The notes beneath the pieces are model-generated. The model worked only from the letters and a program-made list of their open reading frames with translations. It made no database searches and was not told the DNA's origin. The translations under genes were made by a program, and so were the position numbers. Shown piece by piece: positions 19,454 to 30,302 of a stretch of 64,000 nt of DNA (positions are counted from its first letter, which is position 1; each line of letters opens with the position of its first letter). Source of the stretch: Brevibacillus sp. (GTDB lineage Bacteria > Bacillota > Bacilli > Aneurinibacillales > RAOX-1); the NCBI GenBank assembly GCA_036676475.1, contig JAKFCU010000028.1, positions 5,867-69,866 of the forward strand. Reading direction: 5' to 3'.

Positions 19454-19504
19454 TAAGAAAGCTACTAGCGTAGCCTAATGCGTATAATACTTTCCGATAA
19501 GTAT
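19454..19504 (+). repeat. ~52-nt two-hairpin intergenic repeat (copy 5)
   Basis: TAAGAAAGCTACTAGCGTAGCCTAATGCGTATAATACTTTCCGATAAGTAT. Confidence 0.85.
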
Positions 19505-19675
19505 AAAGAAAAAGGCCTTGGCATAAAGCCAAAGCCTATCATCAGCTTCTTCTTCCGCAAAGGAAAGTTTATGTTCACTAAAGAATTAATGTGTGTGAAC
19601 AAAACTTTTCTTTCGGCATAAAAAACTTCCTCTATAGGCGGTCTGGCTACCTCGAAATACTTCGAAGAAGTTTTT

Positions 19676-21490
19676 TTACTTTTTGTCCATTTTCAATACC
19701 GCCATGAAAGCTTCTTGAGGGACTTCAACGCTGCCCACCTGCTTCATGCGTTTCTTACCCTCTTTTTGCTTCTCTAATAGCTTTCGCTTACGGGAAATGT
19801 CCCCACCATAACACTTGGCTAGAACGTTCTTGCGAACCGCTTTAATGCTTTCTCTTGCAATCACTTTCTTTCCTATGGTCGCTTGAATCGGCACTTCAAA
19901 CATTTGCCGCGGAATCAGTTCCTTTAGCTTTTCACAAAGCACACGGCCGCGATTATAAGCAGTATCCTTGTGGACGATAATCGACAGGGCATCAACGACC
20001 TCGCCATTCAGCATAATATCCATTTTAACCAGCTTAGACGCTCGATAACCGACCAATTCGTAATCGAATGAAGCATACCCTTTTGTATTCGACTTTAATT
20101 GATCAAAAAAGTCGTACACAATTTCAGACAACGGCATTTCATAAGTAATTTGCACCCGATTTTCATCAATGTACTGCATATCAAGGAAATCCCCACGTTT
20201 TCCTTGGCATAGCTCCATGACCGCCCCAACAAAATCTTTGGGAACCATGATAGCGGATTTCACATATGGCTCTTCTACCTTATCAATAAATTGGGCATCC
20301 GGCATTTTTGACGGATTATCAATAATTAGCTCGTTCCCATTCGTTTGGGTAACATGATAGATCACGCTTGGCGCAGTAGTAATAAGGGTAATATTAAACT
20401 CCCTTTCAATCCGTTCCTGAATAATTTCCATATGGAGAAGACCTAGAAAACCGCAACGGAATCCAAACCCTAAGGCCTGGGAGGTTTCCGGTTCAAACTG
20501 TAAGGAAGCATCATTTAACCGGAGCTTTTCCAATGCATCACGCAAATCATTGTATTCTGCTGTATCCACAGGATACAGGCCACAGAACACCATCGGGTTA
20601 ATTTTCCGATAACCTGGCAATGGTTCGCTCGCTGGTTTATCTGCGCCCGTAATGGTATCCCCCACTCGCGTATCACCAACGGTCTTAATACTCGCTGATA
20701 CGAACCCCACATCTCCAACGGTTAACTCTTCCACAGCCCTAGGAAATGGGGCAGAAGCTCCTACTTCTGTCACCTCAAAGATCTTGCCCGTCGCCATCAT
20801 TTTCATTTTCATCCCTTTGCGGATCGTTCCGTTGATCACGCGGATGTTAGCAACAACCCCCCGATATGAATCATAGTAGGAGTCAAAGATGAGCGCTTGC
20901 AATGGCGCATCCGGATCACCCGTTGGAGCCGGAACCTTCTGAACGATCTGCTCCAGAATGTCCTCTATCCCAATCCCGGCTTTCGCGGAGGCAAGCACAG
21001 CATCGCTGGCATCCAATCCAATCACATCTTCCACTTCCCGCTTGACACGATCAGGATCAGCACTAGGCAAGTCAATTTTGTTAATGACAGGAATAATTTC
21101 CAAATTATTATCAAGGGCTAGATAAACGTTAGCCAGCGTTTGCGCTTCGATCCCTTGCGCAGCGTCCACAACCAATAAGGCCCCTTCACAAGCAGCCAAG
21201 CTTCGGGAAACTTCATAAGTAAAGTCTACATGCCCAGGCGTATCGATCAAGTGAATGATATATTCCACGCCATCCTTCGCCTTATAGGTTAACCGGACCG
21301 CATTAAGCTTAATGGTAATGCCACGTTCTTTCTCTAAATCCATCGAATCCAGGAATTGATCCTGCTTCTCACGATCGCTGAGCGCTCCTGTAAACTCGAG
21401 AATACGGTCGGCCAATGTAGATTTGCCGTGGTCTATATGTGCAATAATAGAAAAATTTCTTATTCTTTTTTGTCTCTCTCTTTTATCCAT
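19676..21490 (-). CDS. lepA: Translation elongation factor 4
   Basis: 604 aa with [15 protein letters not shown] and a LepA C-terminal domain. Confidence 0.97.
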   Translation of the reverse strand: MDKRERQKRIRNFSIIAHIDHGKSTLADRILEFTGALSDREKQDQFLDSMDLEKERGITIKLNAVRLTYKAKDGVEYIIHLIDTPGHVDFTYEVSRSLAACEGALLVVDAAQGIEAQTLANVYLALDNNLEIIPVINKIDLPSADPDRVKREVEDVIGLDASDAVLASAKAGIGIEDILEQIVQKVPAPTGDPDAPLQALIFDSYYDSYRGVVANIRVINGTIRKGMKMKMMATGKIFEVTEVGASAPFPRAVEELTVGDVGFVSASIKTVGDTRVGDTITGADKPASEPLPGYRKINPMVFCGLYPVDTAEYNDLRDALEKLRLNDASLQFEPETSQALGFGFRCGFLGLLHMEIIQERIEREFNITLITTAPSVIYHVTQTNGNELIIDNPSKMPDAQFIDKVEEPYVKSAIMVPKDFVGAVMELCQGKRGDFLDMQYIDENRVQITYEMPLSEIVYDFFDQLKSNTKGYASFDYELVGYRASKLVKMDIMLNGEVVDALSIIVHKDTAYNRGRVLCEKLKELIPRQMFEVPIQATIGKKVIARESIKAVRKNVLAKCYGGDISRKRKLLEKQKEGKKRMKQVGSVEVPQEAFMAVLKMDKK

Positions 21491-21637
21491 GTTTCGTATT
21501 TACCTCCCTGAGGGGAAAAAATGCACTAAGTTTGATTATATCAGGGATAATTAGGAGAGGCAATCATTCTATTAGCAATAAAATAAAAACACTCCGGTTG
21601 AAACGACATCGTCTCAGGTCCGGAGCGTTCTTCTAAT

Positions 21638-21982
21638 TTAATAGAACAACCAACTAAGGAGCTTTTGGGAATAGGAAGCCATCCAGTTTCCAATCAAATA
21701 TCCTACGGAACCGGAGGGCTGTTCCTGGTTCGCACCTGAAACACCTGCAGCCGGAAGGGTTTGGAATACAGGCATGATAGCTTCGTTTTTCAAGGAATAA
21801 TCTTTCCCTAAAACCGTCATATCCAGTATCCCATTCTCCAATCTGGTAATATGAAAGGACTGAGTAGGTCCATCCTGCGTTCCTTCCACCCGTTGGATTC
21901 CTTTTTCAGCTAGATGGATGCCACCCATAATCAAGCCAAACATGGTCACGACAAGAAATATAAACTGGATTCTCCATTTCAT
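21638..21982 (-). CDS. YqxA-family (DUF3679) small membrane protein
   Basis: 114 aa with an N-terminal TM. Position between lepA and gpr matches B. subtilis yqxA. Confidence 0.5.
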   Translation of the reverse strand: MKWRIQFIFLVVTMFGLIMGGIHLAEKGIQRVEGTQDGPTQSFHITRLENGILDMTVLGKDYSLKNEAIMPVFQTLPAAGVSGANQEQPSGSVGYLIGNWMASYSQKLLSWLFY

Positions 21983-22062
21983 CCTTTATAACTCCTTCAT
22001 CTCTTGGCATTCCTGCTGCGTCGATTTCTCTGCTTGTTGGAATGTGTCAGGGTCTTTATGCA

Positions 22063-23190
22063 TCAGTGCGTATAGGCCGATACATTATCCATATCAATAA
22101 TGTCGTGTAATGCCGCATTCAATCCATTGGCAATCATATTCGCAATGTCTTCTACAAATTCATCTACTTCTTTAGGCGTAACAATTAAATTATGACCGAG
22201 CGGCTGCAGAACCTCATGAATCAACTGCCGCTTTTCCTGTTCAGGCAATGTCCCGACCAACCCCATAATCACTTGCTTGCCTTCATTCGATGGATCATCC
22301 TCCTCGGTAAAAGGTGCAGTCTTCCCCGGTAAGTTAAAGCCTGCAGGAGTTAGTCTGCTGGCAGGCGCTGGATTCGCACTCTGATTCATTTGTCTCCCCA
22401 TATGCGATAACACATAATCAATCGTATCACTGGCAATAGACACAGCGTCTACCACGGTCGGCACACCAATGGCAATCACCGGGATGCCAAGCGTCTCCCT
22501 TGTCAGCGGCTTTCTTTTATTCCCCACGCCTGAGCCAGGATTGATTCCCGTATCAGAGATCTGAATAGTCGTATTGACTCTTTCTAATGCTCTTGAAGCT
22601 AAAGCGTCCACTGCGATCACGAAATCAGGTTTCGTCCGTTCAACTACTCCAAAGACAATCTCACTGGTCTCGATTCCGGTAATCCCAAGCACTCCAGGAG
22701 ATAAGGCACTGACGGCTCGATAACCTTCATCTACATGCTCGGGCATGAGTTCAAATAAATGTCTGGTCACGAGCAAATTCTCTACCACCATCGGTCCAAG
22801 CGCATCAGGAGTCACGTTCCAATTTCCCAGCCCCACAACTAAAGCCTTGGCTTCCTTGGAAATCCCTAACTCTTGTAAAAATTCATGGAAAGCATGAGCA
22901 AATTGGGTCGCCACCTCATTCTGCAGTTCGGTATCCTTTCGACGTAACCCCGGAACTTCCAGAGTAAGATACCGGCCAGGCAGTTTACCGATATATTTGG
23001 AGCCTTGTTCATTTTTTATTTGAACCCTTGTCAGACGGACCCCATTCGATTCTTGGGCATCCATCTCCACCCCAGGAAACTGAGGCATCCCCGTCCGTTC
23101 AGTGGCCAACTGGTGGGCCTCCAAAGCCAGATCCGTACGTATAGCATAGCGGCTTAAATCGAGTTCATGTTCACGCTTTTGTTCATCCAT
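22063..23190 (-). CDS. gpr: Spore germination protease
   Basis: 375 aa, GPR family (IRTDLALEA..., [26 protein letters not shown]). Confidence 0.9.
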   Translation of the reverse strand: MDEQKREHELDLSRYAIRTDLALEAHQLATERTGMPQFPGVEMDAQESNGVRLTRVQIKNEQGSKYIGKLPGRYLTLEVPGLRRKDTELQNEVATQFAHAFHEFLQELGISKEAKALVVGLGNWNVTPDALGPMVVENLLVTRHLFELMPEHVDEGYRAVSALSPGVLGITGIETSEIVFGVVERTKPDFVIAVDALASRALERVNTTIQISDTGINPGSGVGNKRKPLTRETLGIPVIAIGVPTVVDAVSIASDTIDYVLSHMGRQMNQSANPAPASRLTPAGFNLPGKTAPFTEEDDPSNEGKQVIMGLVGTLPEQEKRQLIHEVLQPLGHNLIVTPKEVDEFVEDIANMIANGLNAALHDIIDMDNVSAYTH

Positions 23191-23276
23191 TTCTTTTCAA
23201 CTCCTATCTACCATTTTTACACATTTTTTCTATATTTATAATGGAGTAAACCACCGACTTTTATTCCAGTCTGTTA

Positions 23277-23305
23277 TTGCATTTCTTTTTTCGACATGAT
23301 AAAAT
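23277..23305 (+). promoter_or_regulatory. SigA-type promoter of rpsT
   Basis: TTGCAT, 17-nt spacer, TAAAAT, with extended -10 TGaTAAAAT. Confidence 0.6.
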
Positions 23306-23361
23306 GATTTTTGTTGCTAAATTTATTGAATGTTAAAAGATACACCAAGGAGGTGAATCTG

Positions 23362-23628
23362 ATGCCAAATATTAAATCCCAAATTAAGCGTACCAAAACG
23401 AACGAAAAGAAACGTGTACAACGCGGAGCTCAAAAATCTGCACTTCGTACCGCTCTTAAGGGCGTAGAATTAGCGGTTGCAAAAAATGACCAGGCTGCAG
23501 CTCAAGAAGCTTTCAAGCTTGCTACTAAGAAGCTTGACAAGGCTGTAACAAAAGGTCTTATCCATAAAAATGAAGCTTCTCGCAGAAAGTCTCGTCTTGC
23601 AATTAAAGTAAACGGCGTTACTGCTTAA
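23362..23628 (+). CDS. rpsT: 30S ribosomal protein S20
   Basis: [30 protein letters not shown] sits 7 nt upstream of ATG 23362. The track ORF has a spurious N-terminal extension. Confidence 0.95.
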   Translation: MPNIKSQIKRTKTNEKKRVQRGAQKSALRTALKGVELAVAKNDQAAAQEAFKLATKKLDKAVTKGLIHKNEASRRKSRLAIKVNGVTA

Positions 23629-23631
23629 TTT

Positions 23632-23683
23632 TAAGAAAGTTGCTGGCTTAGCCAAATGCGTCTTATACTTTCTGTTTAGCTAT
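23632..23683 (+). repeat. Degenerate copy of the ~52-nt repeat (copy 6)
   Basis: TAAGAAAGTTGCTGGCTTAGCCAAATGCGTCTTATACTTTCTGTTTAGCTAT. Confidence 0.6.
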
Positions 23684-23706
23684 GGCCAAGCTATTTCTTA
23701 CCTCTG

Positions 23707-23745
23707 AAAAAAAGAGTAATCCTTTAACTAGGATTACTCTTTTTT
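23707..23745. terminator. Bidirectional terminator between rpsT and holA
   Basis: A-run, then AGAGTAATCC-N8-GGATTACTCT, then T-run. Overlaps the holA stop. Confidence 0.8.
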
Positions 23746-24774
23746 CATGTGGATCAAATCTTTTATTTTCATTAAGAAAAGCTCAAGTGACAGTACTTTA
23801 TTGATTTGACCTGATTTAATCCGATAATCCTCTTCTGATAAATAAGCAAGGATGTTTCGCAGGGCTGTCTCCCCAAAGCGTCGAGACTTTTCCGCAGCCA
23901 ATTTTATAGGATAAGGATGAACTCCTAATTGGGCAGCCATTTGCTGTTGAGAATATCCTTTTTCGGATAACACTTTAACTTGCAGAATCATCCGAAATTG
24001 ACGAGCTAGCAAATTCAATATAGTTAAAGGTTCTTCCTTATTCTTCAGCAAATCATAGTAAATCCTTAAAGCTTGATCAATCTCCAATTTAGCTACTTTA
24101 TCAATCAGCCCAAAGATATCCTGTTCGAGTGTTCTTGAAGCTAAGATGTACACTACATCTTCCGTAATCCTTCCCCCGGTTCCTGCATAAGCAGCCATCT
24201 TCTCTAATTCTTGCTGTAGCCTTCTTAAATCATTACCAACAATCCGTTCTAGCATTTTGGCTGCTTGATCTTCCATATCTACCTGCAGTTTTTGGGCTCG
24301 CCGAATAATCCAACTCCACAATTCCCGATCCTTCAGGGGAAGAAAAGGGAAGAGTGCTCCTCTGTCCTTTAAGAGCTTTACTAGTTTCTTTCGCTCGTCC
24401 AGCTTTTCTCCTGAAACAGTAAGAACCAAAATACTCGTATCCATCGGCTGCTCCAAGTATGCCTGCAAAGCTTCAAGCTGATGTTCAAGTCCGCCGCTTG
24501 GCTTTGTTCCTGTTAAGAAAAATGCATTCTGAGCCACCACCACTCTTTTGTCCCCCATGAAAGGCAAGGTTTCGGTATCCATCACCACTTGTTGGATCGG
24601 TGTCTCCGCCAAATCATAAACACTGTAATTGAAATCAAACATAGCCTCATCCAATACCTTTTTCTTTACAAAATGAATGAATTCGTCTATCAGAAATTGT
24701 TCCGTTCCATATAAGGCATATACGGGTTTAATTACCCCTTGCTGAACTTCTTTCCATACACTGCGGTTCTCCAT
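23734..24774 (-). CDS. holA: DNA polymerase III delta subunit
   Basis: HolA-like, 346 aa from ATG 24774 (RBS GAGGTG 5 nt upstream). Conserved position next to comEC and rpsT. Confidence 0.85.
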   Translation of the reverse strand: MENRSVWKEVQQGVIKPVYALYGTEQFLIDEFIHFVKKKVLDEAMFDFNYSVYDLAETPIQQVVMDTETLPFMGDKRVVVAQNAFFLTGTKPSGGLEHQLEALQAYLEQPMDTSILVLTVSGEKLDERKKLVKLLKDRGALFPFLPLKDRELWSWIIRRAQKLQVDMEDQAAKMLERIVGNDLRRLQQELEKMAAYAGTGGRITEDVVYILASRTLEQDIFGLIDKVAKLEIDQALRIYYDLLKNKEEPLTILNLLARQFRMILQVKVLSEKGYSQQQMAAQLGVHPYPIKLAAEKSRRFGETALRNILAYLSEEDYRIKSGQINKVLSLELFLMKIKDLIHMKKE

Positions 24775-24977
24775 TTTTTCACCTCTTGGATCAGCGTCTA
24801 GAACATTATACAAAACATATCAGGCTTCTGTCGAAATGAATAAAAACCGCTCATCCTTAGGTCAGGAAGGCGGTTTTGTTTCCCTCAGCGTTTATGTAAA
24901 CGCCGACCACTGAATCCTAGGTTACAGTAGCCGGACGGTAAGCAGAAGTTAATTGCTTGATACACTATACGCTGAAG

Positions 24978-26114
24978 TTACAGCTTTTGTTCCAGTCTAT
25001 CTTGGATATTTATTCTCCACGTTTCCGCATCAAATGACAAATCTTTTTTCTCCTGATCAGTTTTAAGGGTCAGGGTATATTGCAAGAGTTGCTCTTCTAG
25101 CCACTCCACCTTGACTTCCATTTCAGCTGGCCATGAATGGCTTCGAAAAACTTCCACTCCACCCTGATCGATAATGACTATGGTCTGTACATCCATTTGC
25201 GCCACCCATTCTCCACCCGGAGAAGGATACGCTACTTCACCTCTAGAAGCCGCTTCTTTCGTATCGCTTAACTCAGGGGCCATAAACGTCTGGATCATCT
25301 CTGCCGATTCTTGAGGTGCCAACGCCAAGGGCGGTGGTGTTGTCTCTTCCTCATTAGGAGGCAGAATCGCTGCGATGGAAGGCATTTGCTCCAGAGCTGT
25401 TTTCTCTTGCGGTGCCAATGCCAATTGTTGATCTGCTGCTTCTTGATCGGTTGACTGCAGCTTGGATGATCCAGGTTGATCCTTCCTATTCGTTCGGTCT
25501 GGTGCAGACTCAAGGACAACTGCATCTTTTTTCGGAGAAGGTGATGCTTGCTTCTCCTTCAGAGCAGGTTGCTTGCTATCGACAGAAGGCATTATCTTAT
25601 TCTCAGCTGCTTGTTCAGGCTGTATATCTAACGAACGGTTCTTCGCCACTTCAGGGTGAGCCGATTGTTCTAGTGCAAGATCAGGCGATGATGCGGAATT
25701 TGAAGTTTTATCGGTTGCGCTTTGCATCTGTATTTTTAATTGATCCCATTCAGGGGTCCATAAGTTATCAGCCAATAACCAAATAAATAACACAGCTGCC
25801 GCACTCCCAGCTGCTAGTGCCCATCCTTTCCAAAGGAGGGGTCCCTGCTGAGCCTTCGCTTGATGCATACCGACCACGCTAATAGAACCCGCCTGATTCA
25901 TGACTTCCAACTGAGGCAATATACGATCTACTATGCTGATCGGAGGTTCGATATCAGGTAGATTTTCCAGGTCCAAAGATAAATGACTTAAGCTTTCATG
26001 AAGGCTTTGACATTCCTGGCATGAACGAAGATGCTCATGCATATTTGCCGATTCACTGGACAGATCGCCATCTAGATTTCGCTGAATCAATTCCATCACC
26101 TCTTCACATCTCAT
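24978..26114 (-). CDS. Anti-sigma factor (zf-HC2), single-pass membrane protein
   Basis: N-terminal H-x3-C-x2-C (HEHLRSCQEC), TM WALAAGSAAAVLFIWLL and a P/Q/A/E-rich linker. ATGA overlap with the sigma-gene stop. Confidence 0.75.
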   Translation of the reverse strand: MRCEEVMELIQRNLDGDLSSESANMHEHLRSCQECQSLHESLSHLSLDLENLPDIEPPISIVDRILPQLEVMNQAGSISVVGMHQAKAQQGPLLWKGWALAAGSAAAVLFIWLLADNLWTPEWDQLKIQMQSATDKTSNSASSPDLALEQSAHPEVAKNRSLDIQPEQAAENKIMPSVDSKQPALKEKQASPSPKKDAVVLESAPDRTNRKDQPGSSKLQSTDQEAADQQLALAPQEKTALEQMPSIAAILPPNEEETTPPPLALAPQESAEMIQTFMAPELSDTKEAASRGEVAYPSPGGEWVAQMDVQTIVIIDQGGVEVFRSHSWPAEMEVKVEWLEEQLLQYTLTLKTDQEKKDLSFDAETWRINIQDRLEQKL

Positions 26115-26659
26115 ACGCGAACACCCCCCTTCTGATATTCTGGAAGTAGTTTTTGCAAATGTTGTCTCGCTCGAAACAGATGGGACTTGACCGTATTAAT
26201 CGGAAGCTGCAGCGCTTCGGAAATTTCTGCATAAGAAAAATCTTGAATATACCTCAAAACAATAACGGTCCGGTGCTGATCGGGAAGAAGGTTAATCGCT
26301 TCGCGGACGTCTTTAGCCATATATGCCAGTTCTACTTCTCCCTCAACATCCGCCTTGTCTTGTAAAGAAATGTCGCGCTCATCAATTGATGTGCTTTCTT
26401 TTCGTCTTCTGCAATGGTCAATGCAAATATTCGTTACAATCCTCTGGACCCAAGTGGAAAACTTCGCTTTCTCCTGATAAGTATCTATCTTCTTATATAT
26501 TCTTATTAATGCTTCCTGCGAGGCATCTAGGGCATCCTGTTCATTTTTTAGTATATAAAAAGCGGTACGATAAACCGATTTTTCTATGTCTCTCAATAAT
26601 TGAATTAGGGCGTCGCGATCGCCCGCTTGGGCAGCTCTGATCAGATCTGCTTCCATCAC
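26111..26659 (-). CDS. ECF-type RNA polymerase sigma factor
   Basis: 182 aa with sigma-70 regions 2 and 4 (DALDASQEALIRIYK..., FSYAEISEALQLPINTVKSHLFRAR). The start, GTG 26659 or ATG 26656, overlaps the comEC stop TGA at 26656-26658. Confidence 0.85.
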   Translation of the reverse strand: MMEADLIRAAQAGDRDALIQLLRDIEKSVYRTAFYILKNEQDALDASQEALIRIYKKIDTYQEKAKFSTWVQRIVTNICIDHCRRRKESTSIDERDISLQDKADVEGEVELAYMAKDVREAINLLPDQHRTVIVLRYIQDFSYAEISEALQLPINTVKSHLFRARQHLQKLLPEYQKGGVRV

Positions 26660-29073
26660 TCGAGTTCCCCCCTCTGTTTGAATTGACGACTCTTTTTCTC
26701 CAAAGGTTGCAAAAAAGTCCCGATTTCCATATTTTCCTTGCTAAATTCAAATGTAATGGCTCCCATTTGGTCCGTTCTAAGGATTCGACTGCCTGCTCTT
26801 TCCAACGTTTCAATCGTTTGGGGGTGAGGATGTCCAAAACGATTCTGTTCCCCTACCGAGATCACCGCAAGGGACGGAGTCAGTCTTTCAATCCATTTGG
26901 GTTCAGTAGACGTTCGACTGCCATGATGACCAACTTTAAGGACATCTATTTGTGAAATGGAGTTTTTAGCTAAAAGTTCCCTTTCCCCTTTCATCTCCAG
27001 ATCTCCTGTGAAAAGAACCCTTCTCCCAAACGCATCAAGCAACAGTACAATGGATTGATTATTATCCGTATCGGAAAAAGGGGAACTAGGGTGAAGAATG
27101 GTCCATTTGACACGAGGATGGTCTTTCCAGGTTATGCCGCTTTTCCCCAATCGAAGAGAGATATTTTGAGCTTTAATCATTTTCAACAACTCTTTTTCGA
27201 AGGAGGAAGATGGCGTTCTTCCATTCCAAAGGACCTGGTTCACTTTCATTTCTTGAATAACGGCTGTAAGTCCACCTATATGGTCCATGTCTCCATGGGT
27301 CATAATCAGCAGATCAATTTCTTCGATCCCTCTGGATTTCAAGAAAGGGACAATGATTCTCTTACCGGGATCATATGGATTGCTGCGCTGTTTCCATGCC
27401 TCTTTTTTCTCAGGATGAAAAGGTACTCCTCCTCCATCAATCAAGTAGACTTTATCTCCCGGTGCCTCAATTACGATGGCATCCCCCTGACCTACATCCA
27501 AAAAAGTCACCCTCACCGTCTCACCCTTGTAGGAGAGAAAAGGCAAAAGTACATATAAAAGCATCATCCCGATGATCCAGATTTTTCTCTTTTCATTTGC
27601 TATCCACGAACCACGGATCAAACCTAACCCATAGATGATCATCCACCATGGCGGAGGACTAGAAAGATAAAATAATAAACCCTTCCATAAAGCTGTTCGT
27701 TCTAATGTACCATTAATCCAGTATAGAAGGAATGTAACAATGTGTGCTGGAATGAGAGAAAGAGCTGGATGGAGAAGTCCCAATAAGAGGCCAATAAATC
27801 CAAAGGGGGTAATGATAAAAGAATAAATGGGAACAAACAAGAGATTGATGACAAAAGATAGAATATGATATTGATGAAAATAATAGATAGTTAGTGGAAA
27901 AGAGACGAGCTGAGCGGCTAAGGTGACACTGAGAAGGCTGCGAAGGGGCTCGGATGGAATGGGAATTGCCTGTTGAAGAGGGGAAGACAAGGTCAACAGT
28001 CCCCAAGTCACAGCAAATGACAATTGGAAACCAATGTCCCATAACTGATACGGATTACATAAGATCATAATAAATAACGATGCTCCCCAAATATTGAGCC
28101 CGTCTCTTGGCCGGTTTAGGAAGTGACCATATAAGACTGCTACAGCCATGATACCAGAACGAACAACCGAAGGGGCTGCCCCCACTAGAACCACATAGGC
28201 CGGTATAAACCCCATAGTTGTCAAGATCGAGGTTTCACGCGAAAATCCTATCCCTCGCATGACTGCTAAAAGTCCGCCAACTAACACTGTCATATGTAAT
28301 CCAGAAATGGCTAAGACGTGAGTAAAACCCAGTTTTGAATAAGCATCCATCGTATCTAAAGAGATATCCTGACGAATTCCAATCAGTACTCCCTTCATGA
28401 TTTCGGCGGCAGAAGCAGGAAATATTCGATCTATTGTATCAGATAAAATGGCCTGTACTCGTTGAAGAATAAACCTGGGATGAAGACTGGATGGGGGGTC
28501 AATGGTCAGTACGGAGAAGGAAGAAGGTCGAGCAATCCAATGAATTTTTTTGTAGTATAGATAATTCTTGTATTCAAAGTTGCCTGGGTTCCGTGCGGCT
28601 TGAGGGGAAATGAGACGAGTGTTGAACCGAAGATAGCTTCCCGCCCTTAGTTCTTGGGCTTTCTTAAGATCATTTCGTGTTTGAAGGGGTACATAGCAAT
28701 CCACTTTTTCTTCCAAAGGCACGCCATTTGCTTTCTTAATTTGCAGGAGAAATTTAACTCGATCCCCATCTATGGTACCGCTAGAGATCATTTCACCCTC
28801 TACCCTCAGCTCCTCCTTGGTTAATGATAAGACGGTCTGATTACTTTGATCGTAAAAGCTGTAATAGCAAAACCCCATTCCTCCAACCACGACAAGCAAT
28901 AAACAGCTTTTCCATCGATGAGATCGAATGGCATACACACCATATAGAACTAAAATAAGCGAAATCCAAATCCATGCTTCGCTTTTCTCTGTGATCCATA
29001 CGTGGGCAGTAACCATCCCTAAGGCCAGAGATAGGCTTGTCCAATACATGGGTCTCTGTTGCAATCGATTCAC
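26656..29073 (-). CDS. comEC: DNA internalization competence protein ComEC/Rec2
   Basis: 805 aa with a polytopic competence domain and a C-terminal metallo-beta-lactamase fold (MTHGDMDHIGG). Confidence 0.9.
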   Translation of the reverse strand: MNRLQQRPMYWTSLSLALGMVTAHVWITEKSEAWIWISLILVLYGVYAIRSHRWKSCLLLVVVGGMGFCYYSFYDQSNQTVLSLTKEELRVEGEMISSGTIDGDRVKFLLQIKKANGVPLEEKVDCYVPLQTRNDLKKAQELRAGSYLRFNTRLISPQAARNPGNFEYKNYLYYKKIHWIARPSSFSVLTIDPPSSLHPRFILQRVQAILSDTIDRIFPASAAEIMKGVLIGIRQDISLDTMDAYSKLGFTHVLAISGLHMTVLVGGLLAVMRGIGFSRETSILTTMGFIPAYVVLVGAAPSVVRSGIMAVAVLYGHFLNRPRDGLNIWGASLFIMILCNPYQLWDIGFQLSFAVTWGLLTLSSPLQQAIPIPSEPLRSLLSVTLAAQLVSFPLTIYYFHQYHILSFVINLLFVPIYSFIITPFGFIGLLLGLLHPALSLIPAHIVTFLLYWINGTLERTALWKGLLFYLSSPPPWWMIIYGLGLIRGSWIANEKRKIWIIGMMLLYVLLPFLSYKGETVRVTFLDVGQGDAIVIEAPGDKVYLIDGGGVPFHPEKKEAWKQRSNPYDPGKRIIVPFLKSRGIEEIDLLIMTHGDMDHIGGLTAVIQEMKVNQVLWNGRTPSSSFEKELLKMIKAQNISLRLGKSGITWKDHPRVKWTILHPSSPFSDTDNNQSIVLLLDAFGRRVLFTGDLEMKGERELLAKNSISQIDVLKVGHHGSRTSTEPKWIERLTPSLAVISVGEQNRFGHPHPQTIETLERAGSRILRTDQMGAITFEFSKENMEIGTFLQPLEKKSRQFKQRGELE

Positions 29074-29376
29074 TCCTTTTGCTTGAATAAAAACAGGTCA
29101 AATACGATTCCTATTGACTCTCGGAAATAAGGGCATTTTCTTCCCTTATTATTAATTTTCAGTCTGGAGAAGGCTTTATAAGAGAAATAAATTCTTCTAT
29201 TTCTTAATAGAAGCCCCTATATTATGCTGAAGAGGACTGTTAAGGGTAATCTTCCGCTATTCAGTCTTTTTCCTACCCAATTTTAAGAATAGCGGAATTT
29301 TTTCCTCTATGTGACATGGCTCTAGGCAAGAAATCTTCATCAAGGCTTCCTTAATAACTCAAACCCTTACAAAGAG

Positions 29377-29667
29377 TTATAGAAGAAATTTCAATACCTG
29401 ATGCAAGCCTGACAACAGGAATTTGGATAGATAATCATATGCGATAAAGGCAACGATCGGGGATAAATCAATCATTCCCAGCGGGGGAATGAAACGGCGA
29501 AATACGGCCAAATAAGGTTCCGTAATGCTATTTAAATACTCGGCAATTTTATTTTCCTGGAGCCCAGGCAGCCAGGATAGAAGTATGCGGGCAATCAAAG
29601 CGAAGTAGTATAAACGAACGAGAATAACTGCCCCTTGCATAATCGTATAAATAATGGTTTCGGACAA
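29377..29667 (-). CDS. YggT-family membrane protein
   Basis: 96 aa with the typical YggT pattern ...ARILLSWLP... Confidence 0.65.
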   Translation of the reverse strand: MSETIIYTIMQGAVILVRLYYFALIARILLSWLPGLQENKIAEYLNSITEPYLAVFRRFIPPLGMIDLSPIVAFIAYDYLSKFLLSGLHQVLKFLL

Positions 29668-29735
29668 CTTTATTTTCCTCCATATGTTTTATTTTCCCTG
29701 TTTATTATACGTTTTTTCCTAATAAAACAAAAGTC

Positions 29736-30152
29736 TTAGCCCTGCTGTTGGAGATGAACGATTTCAACACCACGTAAAAAAATGCGGTTGCGTTCATTTT
29801 TATACTGATTTCGGAATACAATGCGCTTGATTCCCGCTTGATTCAACAGCTTTGAGCAAGTCTCACAAGGCTCATGGGTCACATAGGCTGTCGCTCCCAT
29901 GAGTTCATCCCTTTTCGCATGGATGATGGCGTTTTGTTCAGCATGAATCGTGCGGATGCATCGCCCATCATCACTTAGGAGACACCCCACCTCCGTGCAA
30001 TGCTCATGCCCATGTATCGAGCCGTTATAGCCAGTTGAAACAATCATCTTGTCCTTTACAATGACACACCCTACTGCAAGCTTGTTGCAGGTGGAGCGAG
30101 TAGCCACAACATCAGCAATATCCAAAAAGTATTCATCCCATGATTTACGCAC
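29736..30152 (-). CDS. comEB: dCMP deaminase (ComE operon protein 2)
   Basis: HAEQNAI and PCETCSK zinc-deaminase motifs. Confidence 0.85.
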   Translation of the reverse strand: MRKSWDEYFLDIADVVATRSTCNKLAVGCVIVKDKMIVSTGYNGSIHGHEHCTEVGCLLSDDGRCIRTIHAEQNAIIHAKRDELMGATAYVTHEPCETCSKLLNQAGIKRIVFRNQYKNERNRIFLRGVEIVHLQQQG

Positions 30153-30302
30153 GAGCGCTTCCTCCTATCTCTACAAACTCCGGTAAATGAATTCATGACA
30201 ATTGTACCATAGATGGTGTCTTTTCGCCCTGATAGATTGATTATAAAGGGAAAGCATGCTAAAGTTTAGTCTGTACATTTGCTGAAAGAAGGGTCTTTAC
30301 CT

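Noticed and set aside
19571-19621. 16-codon ORF (MFTKELMCVNKTFLSA) after AAAGGAAAG in the lepA-hemW spacer.
   Set aside because: It is too short and unsupported, and the spacer is better explained by lepA terminator hairpins plus repeat copy 5.
25300-25480. Internal DNA/protein repeat (LALAPQE...) in the anti-sigma factor.
   Set aside because: It is a low-complexity P/Q/A/E linker duplication typical of extracytoplasmic linkers, not an independent feature.
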